From Oikopleura dioica (Eukaryota; Animalia; Chordata), in NCBI GenBank assembly GCA_907165135.1, contig OU015567.1:5580001-5644000 (forward strand): 64,000 nucleotides of DNA, read 5' to 3'. The first letter of the stretch is position 1. The number at the start of each line of letters is the position of its first letter. Positions 1 through 12,098 of the stretch are shown piece after piece. The notes below the pieces were generated by a model, which had not been told where the DNA came from, did not search any database, and saw only the letters and a list, made by a program, of their open reading frames with translations. The position numbers and the translations under genes were made by a program.

Positions 1-224
1 GGTCGGGGAAGAGTGAAGGAATTCTAGCTGTCGGTTTTTTGAACCCTTTTGTTTTATTAACAAAAGTTCATTTCAATTTCTGAATAAGCAAAGCGATTAA
101 AATCTTCAAGAAGCCGCATGCGGCTTCGAATTTTGAACATAAAAGCCGCGCCTCACGCTGCTTTCAAACATCCAAATTTCTGGTGATTTTCTCTTTTTTA
201 ATTATTTATCCAGTTTACTTGGGA

Positions 225-384
225 CTCGGGTCAAGATCAGCAAGCTTTTCCTCTCTTTCAAAACGGAACCTTCTTAAACTTCTTATCTCTCAAAAAAATA
301 CCAGCCTCGATTGAGGACCTCTTCAGATTTCTTCGCGCTCAAGATCTTAGCCCCGGAAATTTTGGACATCGATGATGCTTTCAT
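225..384 (-). CDS. Possible 45-aa two-exon micro-ORF (MKASSMSKISGAKILSAKKSEEVLNRGWFRFEREEKLADLDPSPK)
   Basis: ATG at 384, phase-consistent GT-AG intron at 301-270 (only 32 nt), TAA at 225; no homology recognised. Confidence 0.25.
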
Positions 385-664
385 TTTTAATTACTGGACT
401 TGACAAGCACTGTAAGTTACTCTACTTGCGACCTTTTTGAGGAGTTTCAAGTGTTTCGACCGAAATTTAACCCGAAGTTACACTTTTGCCAATTCTCTGG
501 AAAAAGCGGTTTTCAAGCTGACCCGTCCCGAAATCGTAATTCCAAGTCGGAAGAAATTTCGATCAAATTATAAAATAACATTACGTGAGCTGAATTCGCT
601 GACGCTAGAATTTTAGCATTTTTCGGCAGCGAGACGTTTCAATTTATTTATCAATAATTTTGGT

Positions 665-3600
665 TCAAGAAGAACTTTCCAAGTTTGAATTTGTCTTTTT
701 GACTTCTGCTTCGGATTTGTTTCTCAGAAGATGAATGTTCTTAAATTTTTAATTTTAAAGCTGGGTGGTCTTATCTTCATTCCTACCTGTATGATTGTCG
801 AGAAAACCAGAATCGCGAGAATGTAGTGGACCAAAGTGTAATCTCCTTTTAGCGGGCCCTAGAATTATTTTCTTAATTATGTATACAATATTAATTATAT
901 TTTTTTATTTAATAATTATTTTTAAAAAATAAATTAATAAATTTAATTTATTTTTTCTTTTGTTTTAAATTAATTATTTTATTTTAAATTTTTTTATTAT
1001 CGAAAAATCATTTTTATTTTTGCAGCTAATTCTTATTTTTCCATTTGGAAGACTCTTATTTGAAATTTCTAAAAAGCACCTGAATGATTCGAAAAATCGG
1101 ATCAGCCAGAAGAGTCGCCAGACCATTGAGAAGATTCAAGAATCCATAAATCAGACCGAACAGATGATTTGGAAAGAGTAAAAACGCAGCTGAAACGATT
1201 GATTTTGACTCGAAGGCCGAAAAAGGGCCATTACTGGATCTAAAGCGCTGGGGCGAGTTATTACTATCATCAAAACCAAATTTCCTTGAGCACAAACAGC
1301 GTAGAGAAATGTTCGGATAATCGAGAAAATTACCTCCGCAGTGACTAAAAATCAAAATATTGTATTGTCCAGTCTAAAAAGAGGATCTTACTTGCGATGC
1401 TGACGCTGTTTTGAAAAGTGCAGAGGTAGGAGAGAATCACGGTCGAAATGGTGATGAGAAGACAGTTGATGGCGATGCCGACTCGTTGCCCTTTTTCGTG
1501 GTTGTTTTCTGAGTGGCGGTATTTTTTGGCGACGAAATCGACTATTGCTCCGGGAGCGGGCGATAACGGGACTTCAACAAGTTACGAATACTGTTCTTTT
1601 TGGCCTGAGCTCGGGAACCTGTGTGAAAAACCTGAGTCGGGGTTCGAAGAAAAATTTCGACATAATATCCGACAAATTTCGCGTGGAAATTTTCAACCAA
1701 TCAGAAGACAGAATTGGGCAAACCAACCAATCAGAAACCGAGTACCCGCCTACGCAAAATTTGTTGAATTTTTTTTGTCAGTTCCTATTTTAAGGACCTT
1801 GACTCAGATTTTTTCACAGGTTTTGACACTTATTCGCAACTTTTCCTGACATTATATACGTGAGTCCAAAAATATCCGTCAATAACGACTGAGTTTCCTT
1901 TTTCCGGGATCAAAAACGAAGTGAAAAAACCGCAACTCGGCGTTTTTCTTACCCTTGTCCTTGTCGTCCTTGAACATCCATTGGAGCGAAGGGTTAAACC
2001 ACGATTGATACGAGTTTATCCGCAGAGATACACAGCAGTACTTGCAGGGGCTCAAACACGTTTTTTACTTATCGACTTTGTTTTTAGAAATTTCGAATTT
2101 CCGAATTTCCTTATCACGTCTTTTTTCTTACTCGCGGAGGGAAACGGTAATTTGGGAAAAAGAATTCGCTAATCAGATGAAAAGCTGATCTTATTTGGCG
2201 AAAAACAAAGAACTGGATTTTCAATATTCTGATCCGTTACCAAACTGGGCCCCTTAATCTGATCACGTGAGCGATTTTTTCAAACAAGCAATTTTCAAAT
2301 TTAAAAAAAAAATGTTTTTTTTTAAGTCCCTTTTCAATAAGCAAGAAGGATGAATTTGACGCTTTTGATTTCTTTCATGAAATCTTTTTTCTTGTCAATT
2401 TTCGAGTCGGCTTCGTTTTCTTCCAAAAGCTCCATTTCTTCTTTTGTTTGCTCGGCAGGAGGGGAAGAACTGGTGAATTTGGCGAAATAGGTTTCTTTTC
2501 GGATATCATAGTCTTCTGGAATCGGATTGGGCAGGCGCTAGAATTATAATTTAGAAAAAAAAAAAACTAAAAAGAAAGCCTTACCTTCGCTGGCATAACA
2601 AAAAACGTTCTCCACCACTGAATGCCGGTGAGCGCAAACAGAGCCAGGAAGAGGTACTGTAACGGAATACCCGCTTCGTACAAAACTTTTAGCAACAAAA
2701 TCGTGCCCGCAGAGCCATCGAATGTTCCCGAAAAGATCGATCCAATCGTCGATGTCTTTTTCGGCCAAATCGGTTGAACCGTGATGTTTGTCAGCAGAAC
2801 TCCTATTCCGCCTATCGCCATTAGTTCGGTTCCGATGGTGAAGAGGGTGCGGTTGTTGTAAAAGACCATCAGCGCCAAGCCGAGAGAAAAAGGGATGGAG
2901 GTGGCGAGACGGCAGGGGATCAGGCCGATGTTGTCCAAGATGTAACCGTAGACTTTGTTTGGCTTCAATAATCTGACGAATTTCCTAATTACGAAGAGCC
3001 TCGGTAAAAAACCTGAGTCAGGATTTGAAAATGGTGACACTGCTTTATATTAAACCATCTTCAAACCCTGACTCAGGCTTTTTACACAGGGTCACGTACT
3101 AAGAGTTTCGGTCCATTCTTTTTCATACAAAACTATCATTTTTCTTGAAAAATTACCAGTTCTTTAGTAAAGTTTTTTCGGGTAAACATGACTCTAGAAT
3201 GTAACTTCAAGTCATGTTGACACCCTTGAGGGTCGAAAATATACGTCAACTGGTCAGAAAGTTGACAAAAGTATTTTTTGACGGATTCTTTCGCTAATTG
3301 TTACATCAAGGCTCAAGCGAACTCAACATTGTTTTGGGGAATTTTTAGTCTGGATTGAGATTTGTTTTGACTTCCTTTCGGAAGTATTTTTGTTGTAAAA
3401 ACATGTCCGTTAAATTTAAGAAAGCCTTAATTTCTTGCTTCCCTTTCGTAATTTTTAACAGTATCAATTTTTAAAAAGCCGTATTCCATTCCGAAGCAAT
3501 TGGACATCATCGCCCCAAAGACGAAAATCGAGTTGAATCTATTATCCTGTTCCACGCAAGAAATCTGACTTGTCCCTGATTCCCCTTGGCGAGAAACATC

Positions 3601-4300
3601 TATTCGAAAATTGTATGTAAGGTTTTAAAATGGAATATTACAGAAATTCCTCGCTTATTTCATGCTCTGAAGCCGAGACGTTTGTTTTAAAATGAAAAAT
3701 TTTGAACAACTCGGAAAGAAAATTTCCGGGAAGGATTTTTCCAAGCTCGAAATCGCCACTTTTACAAAAAAATGAATAAATAAAGTAAACGTTTTCGCCC
3801 TGGGCTCGGCTACTTGTGTAGAAAACCTGAGTCAGGGTCTGAAAAATCTTCAATGAAAAGCCGCTTTGACAGAAGATATTTCAGACCCTGACTCAGGTTT
3901 TTTACAAAGGTTTCCAGCCCATCTTGAAGTTGAACTTCCAGTGCGGAGAAAATTGAAAATTCCAGTTTGTAAACAAAATAAGCTCTCGAGGGGAATCAAC
4001 GTGCCTGGTGGAATTACTAGAAGTCGTGCTGTTTTCGAAATGGCAGAGCTCGGCGAAGACATTTTCCTCCTTGAGCACAAATTGCAGCGCTGGCCAGCCG
4101 TAGAAAATGCCGCCGACTGAACATTTTCGGAAATTAATGAGCTCAACGAAACGACAAAACTTCGTTTTCGAAATTGTGGGAGCGCAAATTTCTAAAAAGG
4201 GGGAGAAACTTCTTTGAAAAAACAAAGGTTTTAAGGGTGTACCCTTCGATAAAACCGCAGTGGAATAAAAACCTCACGGCGAGGCCGTAGTACTTACCTA
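665..4300 (-). CDS. SLC43A3-like: SLC43-family (SLC43A3/LAT3-like) MFS transporter, multi-exon; ends approximate
   Basis: Exon peptides GGIFYGWPALQFVLKEENVFAELC, EQDNRFNSIFVFG, YGYILDN...GTFDGSAG, PGAIVDFV, FPNHLFGLIYGFLNLLNG and GPLKGDYTLVHY match SLC43 motifs in the expected order. Confidence 0.8.
1602..1830. mobile_element. CCTGAGTCAGG-family MITE, long-interior variant, intronic in SLC43
   Basis: TIR arms gagctcgggaacctgtgtgaaaaacctgagtcgggg / ccttgactcagattttttcacagg. Confidence 0.7.
2996..3090. mobile_element. CCTGAGTCAGG-family MITE
   Basis: aaaaacctgagtcagg ... ccctgactcaggctttttacacagg hairpin. Confidence 0.75.
3801..3921. mobile_element. CCTGAGTCAGG-family MITE
   Basis: tgggctcggctacttgtgtagaaaacctgagtcagggtctga ... 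tcagaccctgactcaggttttttacaaaggtttccagccca. Confidence 0.85.
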
Positions 4301-4372
4301 AGAAAATTTCAAGGGTTCCAGACCAGATTACAAAGTGCTTTGTTTAAGAGTTACGTACTGTTCTTCTATAGT

Positions 4373-4478
4373 AGGCAACCTGTGTAGAAAACCTGAGTCA
4401 GGGTTTCAAGAGCGCAAAAAAGAAGCCCCTACGCTATTCAGACCCTGACTCAGGTTTTCTACACAGGTTTTTGAGCCG
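4373..4478. mobile_element. CCTGAGTCAGG-family MITE at the 5' end of SLC43
   Basis: Consensus TIRs ggcaacctgtgtagaaaacctgagtcaggg / ccctgactcaggttttctacacagg. Confidence 0.85.
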
Positions 4479-4529
4479 AAGCAAAATGATAAGAATTTAA
4501 CGGCCCCTACCCCCTTAAAATAAATTCTT

Positions 4530-5137
4530 ATGGAAACTCTAGCTCATATTGCTTCTTCCTCATAATTTTGATCCTCTCTCTTGAAATTCCTGAGGAAGAG
4601 TCTGATTTGACCCTTTTTTTTAATTTTTGATCAAGTCGATATTTTATTCAAAAACGCAATTTTCGTTTCGCTCACCAAAGAATATTTCAAACGCTCCGGA
4701 CCAAATGAGCAAGTGTTCATGGCTCTTTTTCTTCATTTTTCTAGCGCTCTCAAGCTCTCTCTTCTTCCTATCTTCTGATCGATCAAAAAAATGAACCAGT
4801 GCTTCTAGAGAAACTTTAAATTGGCAAAAAGGGGCTTTTGAAAAGCGGATTTTTTGTTGGAAAGTTTTCAACAATGCATTTTCCCGATAAGCCCATTGGC
4901 TCAAAACGCAGCCTAAGGGTGACTCATTCAACCACTGTACTGGATCCTCCGACTGCTTATATTTTATTCAATAGAATCGCCAAAAAGACAGACAGAAATA
5001 AAGTCTTCAAGAATCGATCGACTGTGGATCTTGACTTTCAGCTTGTGAAAGTGAAGTTGTTTTCTTTCGACCATTTTGATTGCTACAGTCAGATTTACAA
5101 GCAGAAGAAACAGTATTTGAAGAATTTTCAAGCGCAT
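4530..5137 (-). CDS. Putative secreted protein with basic clusters (prohormone-like), multi-exon
   Basis: Signal-like MRLKILQILFLLLVNLTVA; downstream open segments SEDPVQWLNESPLGC, EALVHFFDRSEDRKKRELESARKMKKK, LFLRNFKREDQNYEEEAI*. Confidence 0.4.
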
Positions 5138-5312
5138 TTGGCGGTTTTCAAATTTCAATTCCATTGTCGTTTCTTTATGAACAAGATTGTTATACAATTT
5201 TGTGTAACACTCTAATATATTCAGCAAAATTCGCCTGGTAAGCATTTTTCACCTTCAAATTTTCCTCGATTATTCACCGAAATCGATCGATTTCTCCCCC
5301 GGATTCTCTTTT

Positions 5313-5649
5313 TGGGCTCGGCAATCTATGAAGAAGCCTGAGTCAGGGTCTAAAAAGCGTCGAAATGCCGCACAGGCCTTATAGTCTATGGACCCTGACA
5401 CAGGTCTTAAAGACAGGTTTGTTGAATCTTTTAGCTGGATTTAGAAAACGTGAGTCAGAGTCTGACAAAAGCCGTCAAAAAAAAGCCGCCTGGCTTTTTC
5501 AGACCCTGACTTAGGTTTTATAAATCCAGCTAAAAGATTCAACAAACCTGTCTTTAAGACCTGAGTCAGGGTCCATCGTCAGGTATATGCGGCTTCTTTG
5601 AATCTTCTTCTGTCCCTGATTAGGTTTTTTAAACAGGTTTCCAAGCCCA
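5313..5649. mobile_element. Compound of three MITE hairpins forming one large palindrome
   Basis: Three TGAGTCA/TGAC(T/A)CA TIR pairs; 76-bp arms at 5390-5465 and 5499-5574 are reverse complements with about 5 mismatches. Confidence 0.8.
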
Positions 5650-5857
5650 GTCCCCCCAAATTTCACTGAAATCAACGAAGAAAACTTCAGAAAACAAATG
5701 AAAAATGACTCATCATCCCCGTCGCGTAGCCTAGAAATGTCTCCCTCCAAATCCCTCTGACCTTATACAGATGCGTCAGAAAGTTTTAACGAGTGAAATT
5801 ATTCATTAGCTTGCTCCTTATAAATGAGCTATTTTGAATGTTTGAATGTCGGAAGAA

Positions 5858-7074
5858 ATGAGCAACGAGAGAAGAACGAAGGGAACGCTCATTACCATTT
5901 GCTTCGGAGTTTTTACTGTGCTTTTGATTGGCGGCTTTTATTTTATGAAGTGTTTTCTCAGATAGTAAGTTCTTTTCGCTCGGAAAAGGGAGGAGGCGAA
6001 GATCTTTAAGGAGGTAGTCCCTGCTTTTTGCGATCTCGGCACTTTTTGAACAGCGCTCCCACAAATTTGCGCTGGAGTTAAGGGATAAAAACTCTATGAA
6101 TAGAAAGGCCGAACCCTGATAAAAGTTTGAATTCACGGAAAAAAATTTTATTCGCCTGCTTAAGGAGTAAGGGGGCGATAATCGAACCTAGCCCGGGCGA
6201 AATCGCCATTTTGGCCTATTTTCGAACGCGCCTAAAATCAAGAGGATGTTTCAAAAATTTAAACTAATTGATTTTTTTGAAAGTTCATACCTTCGTCTAG
6301 GTTTGAATTAAGGGAAATTAAAAAATTCCAAAAAGTCATAATGTAATGCCATCAATCAAAGGTTGGGTCTCAAAATCTTGAAAAATAAGTTTTTTGAGGA
6401 TGATTTATACTAAATAAGCATAATAATAGACATTTTATTTATTATTTTTATTATCTAGAGGTCATTTAAAATCGAAAAAGAGCTATATCTATGGATGAAA
6501 TTGGCAAAAAATTTCGAGTTTTTGAAATTCTTCATCAAAATCTTATTTTTCAAGTGCGATTTTGGGGTTTTTCCTCTTACATTTGGAAAAAATGATCAAC
6601 ACAAAGTTTTTAGCTCTTCTAACGAGCTTTCAGAATCTGCTAAAAAATTTGAAAATTCCGATTTTTTCAAAAGCGAGGACTACCCCCTTAAGCGACTTCT
6701 CTTTAAAATTATTGAAGGGATACCCTTAATTTTTGAACTTAGGAAAGACAATCTTCATTGAAAAATCTCATTTTGGGATAATTCCCTTAAAATTATTTTT
6801 CAGTAAAAACAACCGGGAGCGAAACAGAGTCCTCTTCCTCGAATCCCAATCATCCCGAATCCATCATCTTTCAACCGTCCAAACTCTGAGCCAAGGGCTG
6901 AATATCTCCCACTCCATTCGAATTCAACCTACAACAGCTTCAACATCCTTTGTGGAAAACAATCGCCCTCTTCCGAATCTGCAAACCGCTCAAAATCAAT
7001 GCAACGAGGGACACCAAGAATTCAGCGATTTGCCATCTTATGAAGATGCAATCAAAATGCCGAAAAACGCCTAG
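5858..7074 (+). CDS. Small single-pass membrane protein with C-terminal PY-like motif (LPSY); exons 5858-5964 and 6804-7074
   Basis: MSNERRTKGTLITICFGVFTVLLIGGFYFMKCFLR, GTAAG donor, phase-matched TTTCAG acceptor at 6803, ends LPSYEDAIKMPKNA*. Confidence 0.65.
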
Positions 7075-8684
7075 AAACTCAAAATTAATTTCATTACAAT
7101 AAATTATTTTTAGTTAAGACGCATCTTTAATTAAACTAAATTTATCTATTGAAGAAAAGAAAGACGTGCATCATTTAGAGTATAAATAAAAAAAAAATTG
7201 AATGAAATTACGAAACTATTTTTATCGAAAATTACATTTATATAATGAGAGCTAGCAAAATGAGACACTGTTTTCGGGCTGATATTTTTAGGAATGAATT
7301 CAGCTTCATTTCTTACCTTTTCGTTGCCGAGCGAATTCGCTCTTCTTAGTTTTTTTTTCCGAAATATTGTTTTATGGTCCCCCAATTCGTTTAAGTTAAA
7401 GTTTTATAACATTTTTTACAACGCGGCAATTATACAATTGTCCGGGACAATTTATCCCTCTGTACAACAGAAGGCCTTTTTTCTCGTTTAGTTTTATAAT
7501 TTCAAATAACTCGAATTTTCTTTGATATTTTTGATGGTTTTACGGCCGCAATCAAGATTATAAAAAGTTCTTTCAGAGTTTGTTAACTCGGTTTTTTCCA
7601 AAAATATTGAACAACGATCGTTGTTGGTACGCCTAAACTGCCTTCGCGATCTTCATCAAGAAAACTTAGTCAAAGAAAAGTTGATTGAAGAAGTAAAGAG
7701 CCGAATTTACTGATTGATCATCGCTTTTTACCACTGAATAAGTGCCAATTTAAAACGGTATCTCGGCAATAAATCGAGAAACAATGAACCTTTTGAGTCT
7801 CTCCGAGCTTATGAAAATTTATATAAAGCCGTTTCTTCTACTATCGATGATAAAGAATCAAAAGAGTAAATTTTCAGACTTACAAAAAGCACATCTAAGT
7901 TTAAGGCTATTTCAACCAAGGATGAGTGGTTTTTAATCATTTTTAATGTTTAAAAAATAGACTTTGGACCTTGCACATATTTTTTGATACAATAATAAAA
8001 CACTTTCTGTTTTAATAACTTTAAATATAGGCTATATTATATAGCTCATGGTCTAAAGCTTTAAAAATAAGATAGTCCTTTACAAATATATTTTTCGATA
8101 AAAAGAAACTCATTGCTTTATCAAAAGATAAGAAATGAACCATTTAAAAGGCTGAAAAGTTCATGTTCTCTCGTCATAAACTTCCTTTACCGAAGATTTT
8201 CGATCATAAATCAAACTTTCGAATCAAAATGTGCTCCTGTAAACTTTGACGAAGCAAAAACACCAGCTAAAATAGCGCAAAACAAATATTTCAGATCTTT
8301 TTTTTTATAGTAAAAAGGGTTGATTCTCACGATAAGAGAGAGAGAACTCCTCTAATTTTCTATTCTTTAAGGCGGCATAAACTCATTCGCAAGAATAGTA
8401 AGCATTTTGGGTGAGCTTGCCTCTTTGAAAGCTTGTTTCATTTGACGAGTTCATTTCTTTCCATTATATAATTGCTCTTATATTGATACTTATTTTTATC
8501 TTTCTTTCGGTCGAAAGAACAATTAAAACTCCAATTAAAAAGAAAGCAACGAGCTATGAAAGGCGCCATAAACATAATTATTGGTGGCGTTCTTGCCCGA
8601 AAATATCCACATAAATACAACCACCGTTCGAAAGAATAACTAAAACAACTCAACTCTCAAAAACAAAAAATCAACAGCTCAAAA

Positions 8685-8939
8685 ATGCATCTTTCCCGCT
8701 TCATCTCCCTTTTCCTCCTTTTCGGCCAAATCGCGGCGGACTTGATCGGCCAAAACCGACTTGGAAACAACCTTCGAGCCAAAAACACCGTCAAATTCAA
8801 CAGCCAGCAGCTCGAAGCCGATTACATCCGCTTCCTTCTCAATCACCAGAATACCTTTGCTAGGATGACAAAACGATCCGACAAGCCTGCTCCTCGAAAT
8901 AAGCGAATGAATTTTTACCGCTCTAGAATGCTTGCCTGA
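8685..8939 (+). CDS. 84-aa secreted protein, candidate peptide precursor
   Basis: Intronless ORF, signal peptide MHLSRFISLFLLFGQIAA, two KR sites near the C-terminus. Confidence 0.65.
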   Translation: MHLSRFISLFLLFGQIAADLIGQNRLGNNLRAKNTVKFNSQQLEADYIRFLLNHQNTFARMTKRSDKPAPRNKRMNFYRSRMLA

Positions 8940-9074
8940 AATCGATTTTCTTTCACACCGTGATTCTTTCTTTCTGAATACATTCTTTTTTTTAATAAAA
9001 CATAAAGTAAAAAAAACTCCTTTTCAATAAAAGAATTTTTCAATTTTTTGTCGGGAATTCGATGTCTTCTTTTC

Positions 9075-9356
9075 TCACAATTGTTTTTGTTGTTTCTCGA
9101 CAGTTTCTTGAATCATGGAATGGTCGCACTTGACTCTCATCACCGCCACTTCGATATCCTTCAATCTCCGCGAATGTTTCTTGTTGACATCGTCAATTTG
9201 CGCTAGAATTTCATCCTGCTTCTCAAACTCTTCCAAAAATCTCCTCTCGTCGATTATCACCAAGCCAAGATCCTCGGCGAAATTCAATTCGTCATTTTTC
9301 GGCGAAAATTCCGAGAAAGGAAAATCTAGCGCTCCGTTTTCTCGAAAATCCGACAT
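9075..9356 (-). CDS. Small coiled-coil-like hypothetical protein
   Basis: 93-aa ORF with charged heptad-like segment EEFEKQDEILAQIDDVNKK. Confidence 0.45.
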   Translation of the reverse strand: MSDFRENGALDFPFSEFSPKNDELNFAEDLGLVIIDERRFLEEFEKQDEILAQIDDVNKKHSRRLKDIEVAVMRVKCDHSMIQETVEKQQKQL

Positions 9357-9700
9357 TGAAAATTTTGAGTTTTTTGTCTCAAAAAACGCTTTATTTTCAA
9401 TTTTCGCGTGTCCAGGAATTTTTCATATTTGCAGATTGTCAAATAAAATAACCACTCAAACGGGCTCTCGTAAATTTATAATGATTGTGATTTTCTTCAA
9501 AATCTACAGTATTTTCGCCTGAATTAAAAAATCAAAAAGAATCGAAAGTAAATATCATCGTTCTTGAGACGCCGCCATTTCATTCAATAAAAATTACGGA
9601 AAACGGCGAGCTTAAATTTGTTTTACGCGAGTTAAAATTTGCGCAGCGCATAAAACGAGGCGTTTCTTCAACAAAGCCGTCACTCGACTGCAAGGAAAAA

Positions 9701-11582
9701 ATGTTTTTTCTTGTGTTTTTTACTGTAGTTTTCTTTTTTTCAAGAGATTCTCATGCTGAGACGGCGGTTCTTTCGAGATTGCTTGGAGAAAAGGATGAGT
9801 TATGCATGTAAGTATTCAATAGAAGGGATTCTTCGCCGGGAAACCTGAGACAGGGTATGAAAATGAGCCCAAAAGACATTTTATGAATCTTTCATCATTT
9901 TTTTTAAGCGATCGCCCTCTCTACGAGGAATGCTTGGCAATTTGCAGACTGACGTACTTGGACTGCCTCTCTTCCTGCGACTCGTCTTTATGTCACTCGT
10001 CGTGTTTGTCAAATTTCTCCGGTAAACTAAAATTTTCAATCAGAAGCAAAAAAACGTCTCTTAGCTTGCGATAATTCCTGTCCTTGCGGAACTGACTGTC
10101 CAACTGGATGCGTCGAGTGCGAAGAACACCCCCTCTGCGCCGGGAAATGTCTTGATGCGGAGCAGAACAACCCCGAATACAAATCCTGCCTGAATGACTC
10201 ACTTGACGATATGGTTTGATTGAGGAATTTAGCTTCGAGATGATTTTTCTTTCAGACTTCCTGCATGAAAACCTGTGAGCCCACCGACACCTGCCATGAA
10301 ACTTGTTGCTCCGGACATCGAGAAAGGATGACTTCTTGCCCTTGCTTTCAGTCACAGGTAACGATTAATCATTTGCTGAGTCTTCTTCAATATTTCCTAG
10401 GGAACATCGTCGACAACTGCTCCTCCGACAACTCAACAGCCTCTCGATCCGGTAAGCCCTTTGTATAATTTTTAATCAATTGAAAAATTTCAAGAGCGAA
10501 ATGTTCATTCTCGTTATTCGTTACTCAGAAGCATATGTGATTTCTGGCGATGGAAATTCAAAAGTTTCAGCAACTATAACCGCTCCTGCAGATGATTATG
10601 CGAAAAAAGCACAGCATGCGCTAATTGGAAATCAACTTTATATATTTGGTGGAGATTCGGAAAAGAGGAAGGTTTGATAATTACTTGATTCTTCTAAATA
10701 TAATTAAAACTTCAGATTGCTGCTCTTCATGAATGCAATTTTGAAGAAAAATCGGAGAAGCTTTTGAATGACATAGACGAAGCAAGTGCTGCTCTTTCTA
10801 TTGACGGCGATTCGCGAGGTAAATTAGCCAAATTTTTGAGAAATTATAGATTTTGAATATCAGATTAAAAATTAAAATTTTAGTCTTGCTCTGCTTCGCT
10901 AGTGGTTCCAATAAGAACCACTGCGAAATTTATGATGGAACAAGTTCAACGTCCACGACTTCCTCGAATTACGGGCATTCATATGCAAAATTAGGGTTGT
11001 ATAAAAATCAACCGACCACTGTTGGTTCTCATGGTTCCGGAGACACAAGGAAAGTGGAAACACTAACAGAAATTGGATGGAGTGTGATTGGAGATCCACC
11101 AATAAGGTAAAATGAATGACTATTTAATCAATAAATTATTTTCAGCAATATTCGTGCTCATGTCTTGGTCGGGCTTGAAAGCGGAAATTTACTTATGCTT
11201 GGTGGCGTTCGCGATGGAAGTACTAATTTGGATGATATCTGGCTTCTTTCTAACGACTCCTGGTCACGAACTGGAACTTTGAAAAGCGTACGTTTATTAT
11301 TCATCACGCGATTTATCGATGAGTTTGTCATCAAATTTTTCATTTGCTATTATTTGTTGTTTATATTTATCTATTATGTATTGTTTTAAGGCTGTCAGAG
11401 CGCATTCGTCTCTTCAAATCAACGATTCGATATTCTTGTTTGCCGGTTTTGGATCAAATAACACTGTTCAAAGAGTCGACATTGACGGAGACGAAATTAA
11501 AAACTCTGAAATTATTGGCAACCATAGCGCTGATGAAGCAATACCTGTCTTATTTCAAGTGTCTTCTGGATTCTGCGCTTAA
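9701..11582 (+). CDS. Secreted Cys-rich plus Kelch/beta-propeller-like protein, about 10 exons
   Basis: Signal MFFLVFFTVVFFFSRDSHA; Cys-rich exons (CPCGTDCPTGC); propeller-like blades LYIFGG, LLMLGG, IFLFAG; short GT-AG introns. Confidence 0.75.
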
Positions 11583-11689
11583 ATACTACTGTACTCGCTT
11601 TTATAATAAATTATATTTACTATTTACTATATATAATAATAAATAATATTTACAAAATTTGTTTTTTTTTATCTATTTTTTTGAGGGAA

Positions 11690-12030
11690 TTGAATTCTTG
11701 AAGGAAAATGGTCCATTTCAAATGGAAGAATCAAATTTTTTAGGCGACCAAGGATTCAGATTCTGGCAAGTCAATTTGCTGAACCACGCTAAAATTGATT
11801 TGAATGAATCGAAAAAAGAGTCTGTTTTACTTGATTTGAATGGGAGCAGCTCTTTGAGCATTTGCTCGATTTGCCAGATGTTGCATCACCCACTAGATTC
11901 AATATTTTTTGTCTCAAAAAGTCATTTCTTGATCTTACCTTTAGAACAAAAGTGAGAAACAGTAGAACTTGAACCACTGCTATTGGTATTAAAAGCCATT
12001 TGAGATCTTCCAAAGGCTCAAATATTTTTT
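11690..12030 (-). CDS. 3' exons of a hypothetical membrane protein (LKWLLIPIAVVQVLLFLTFVLK)
   Basis: Hydrophobic TM segment followed by a GTAAG donor; 5' part unclear and lies next to the TTAA element. Confidence 0.35.
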
Positions 12031-12098
12031 CTCGAATTTTTATGATCAAATTTTGTGAGTAAAAAATCAATAAAAATGTCGATAAGAATTTCTCTTAA

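Noticed and set aside
860-1050. Extremely AT-rich tract
   Set aside because: Ordinary low-complexity intron of SLC43
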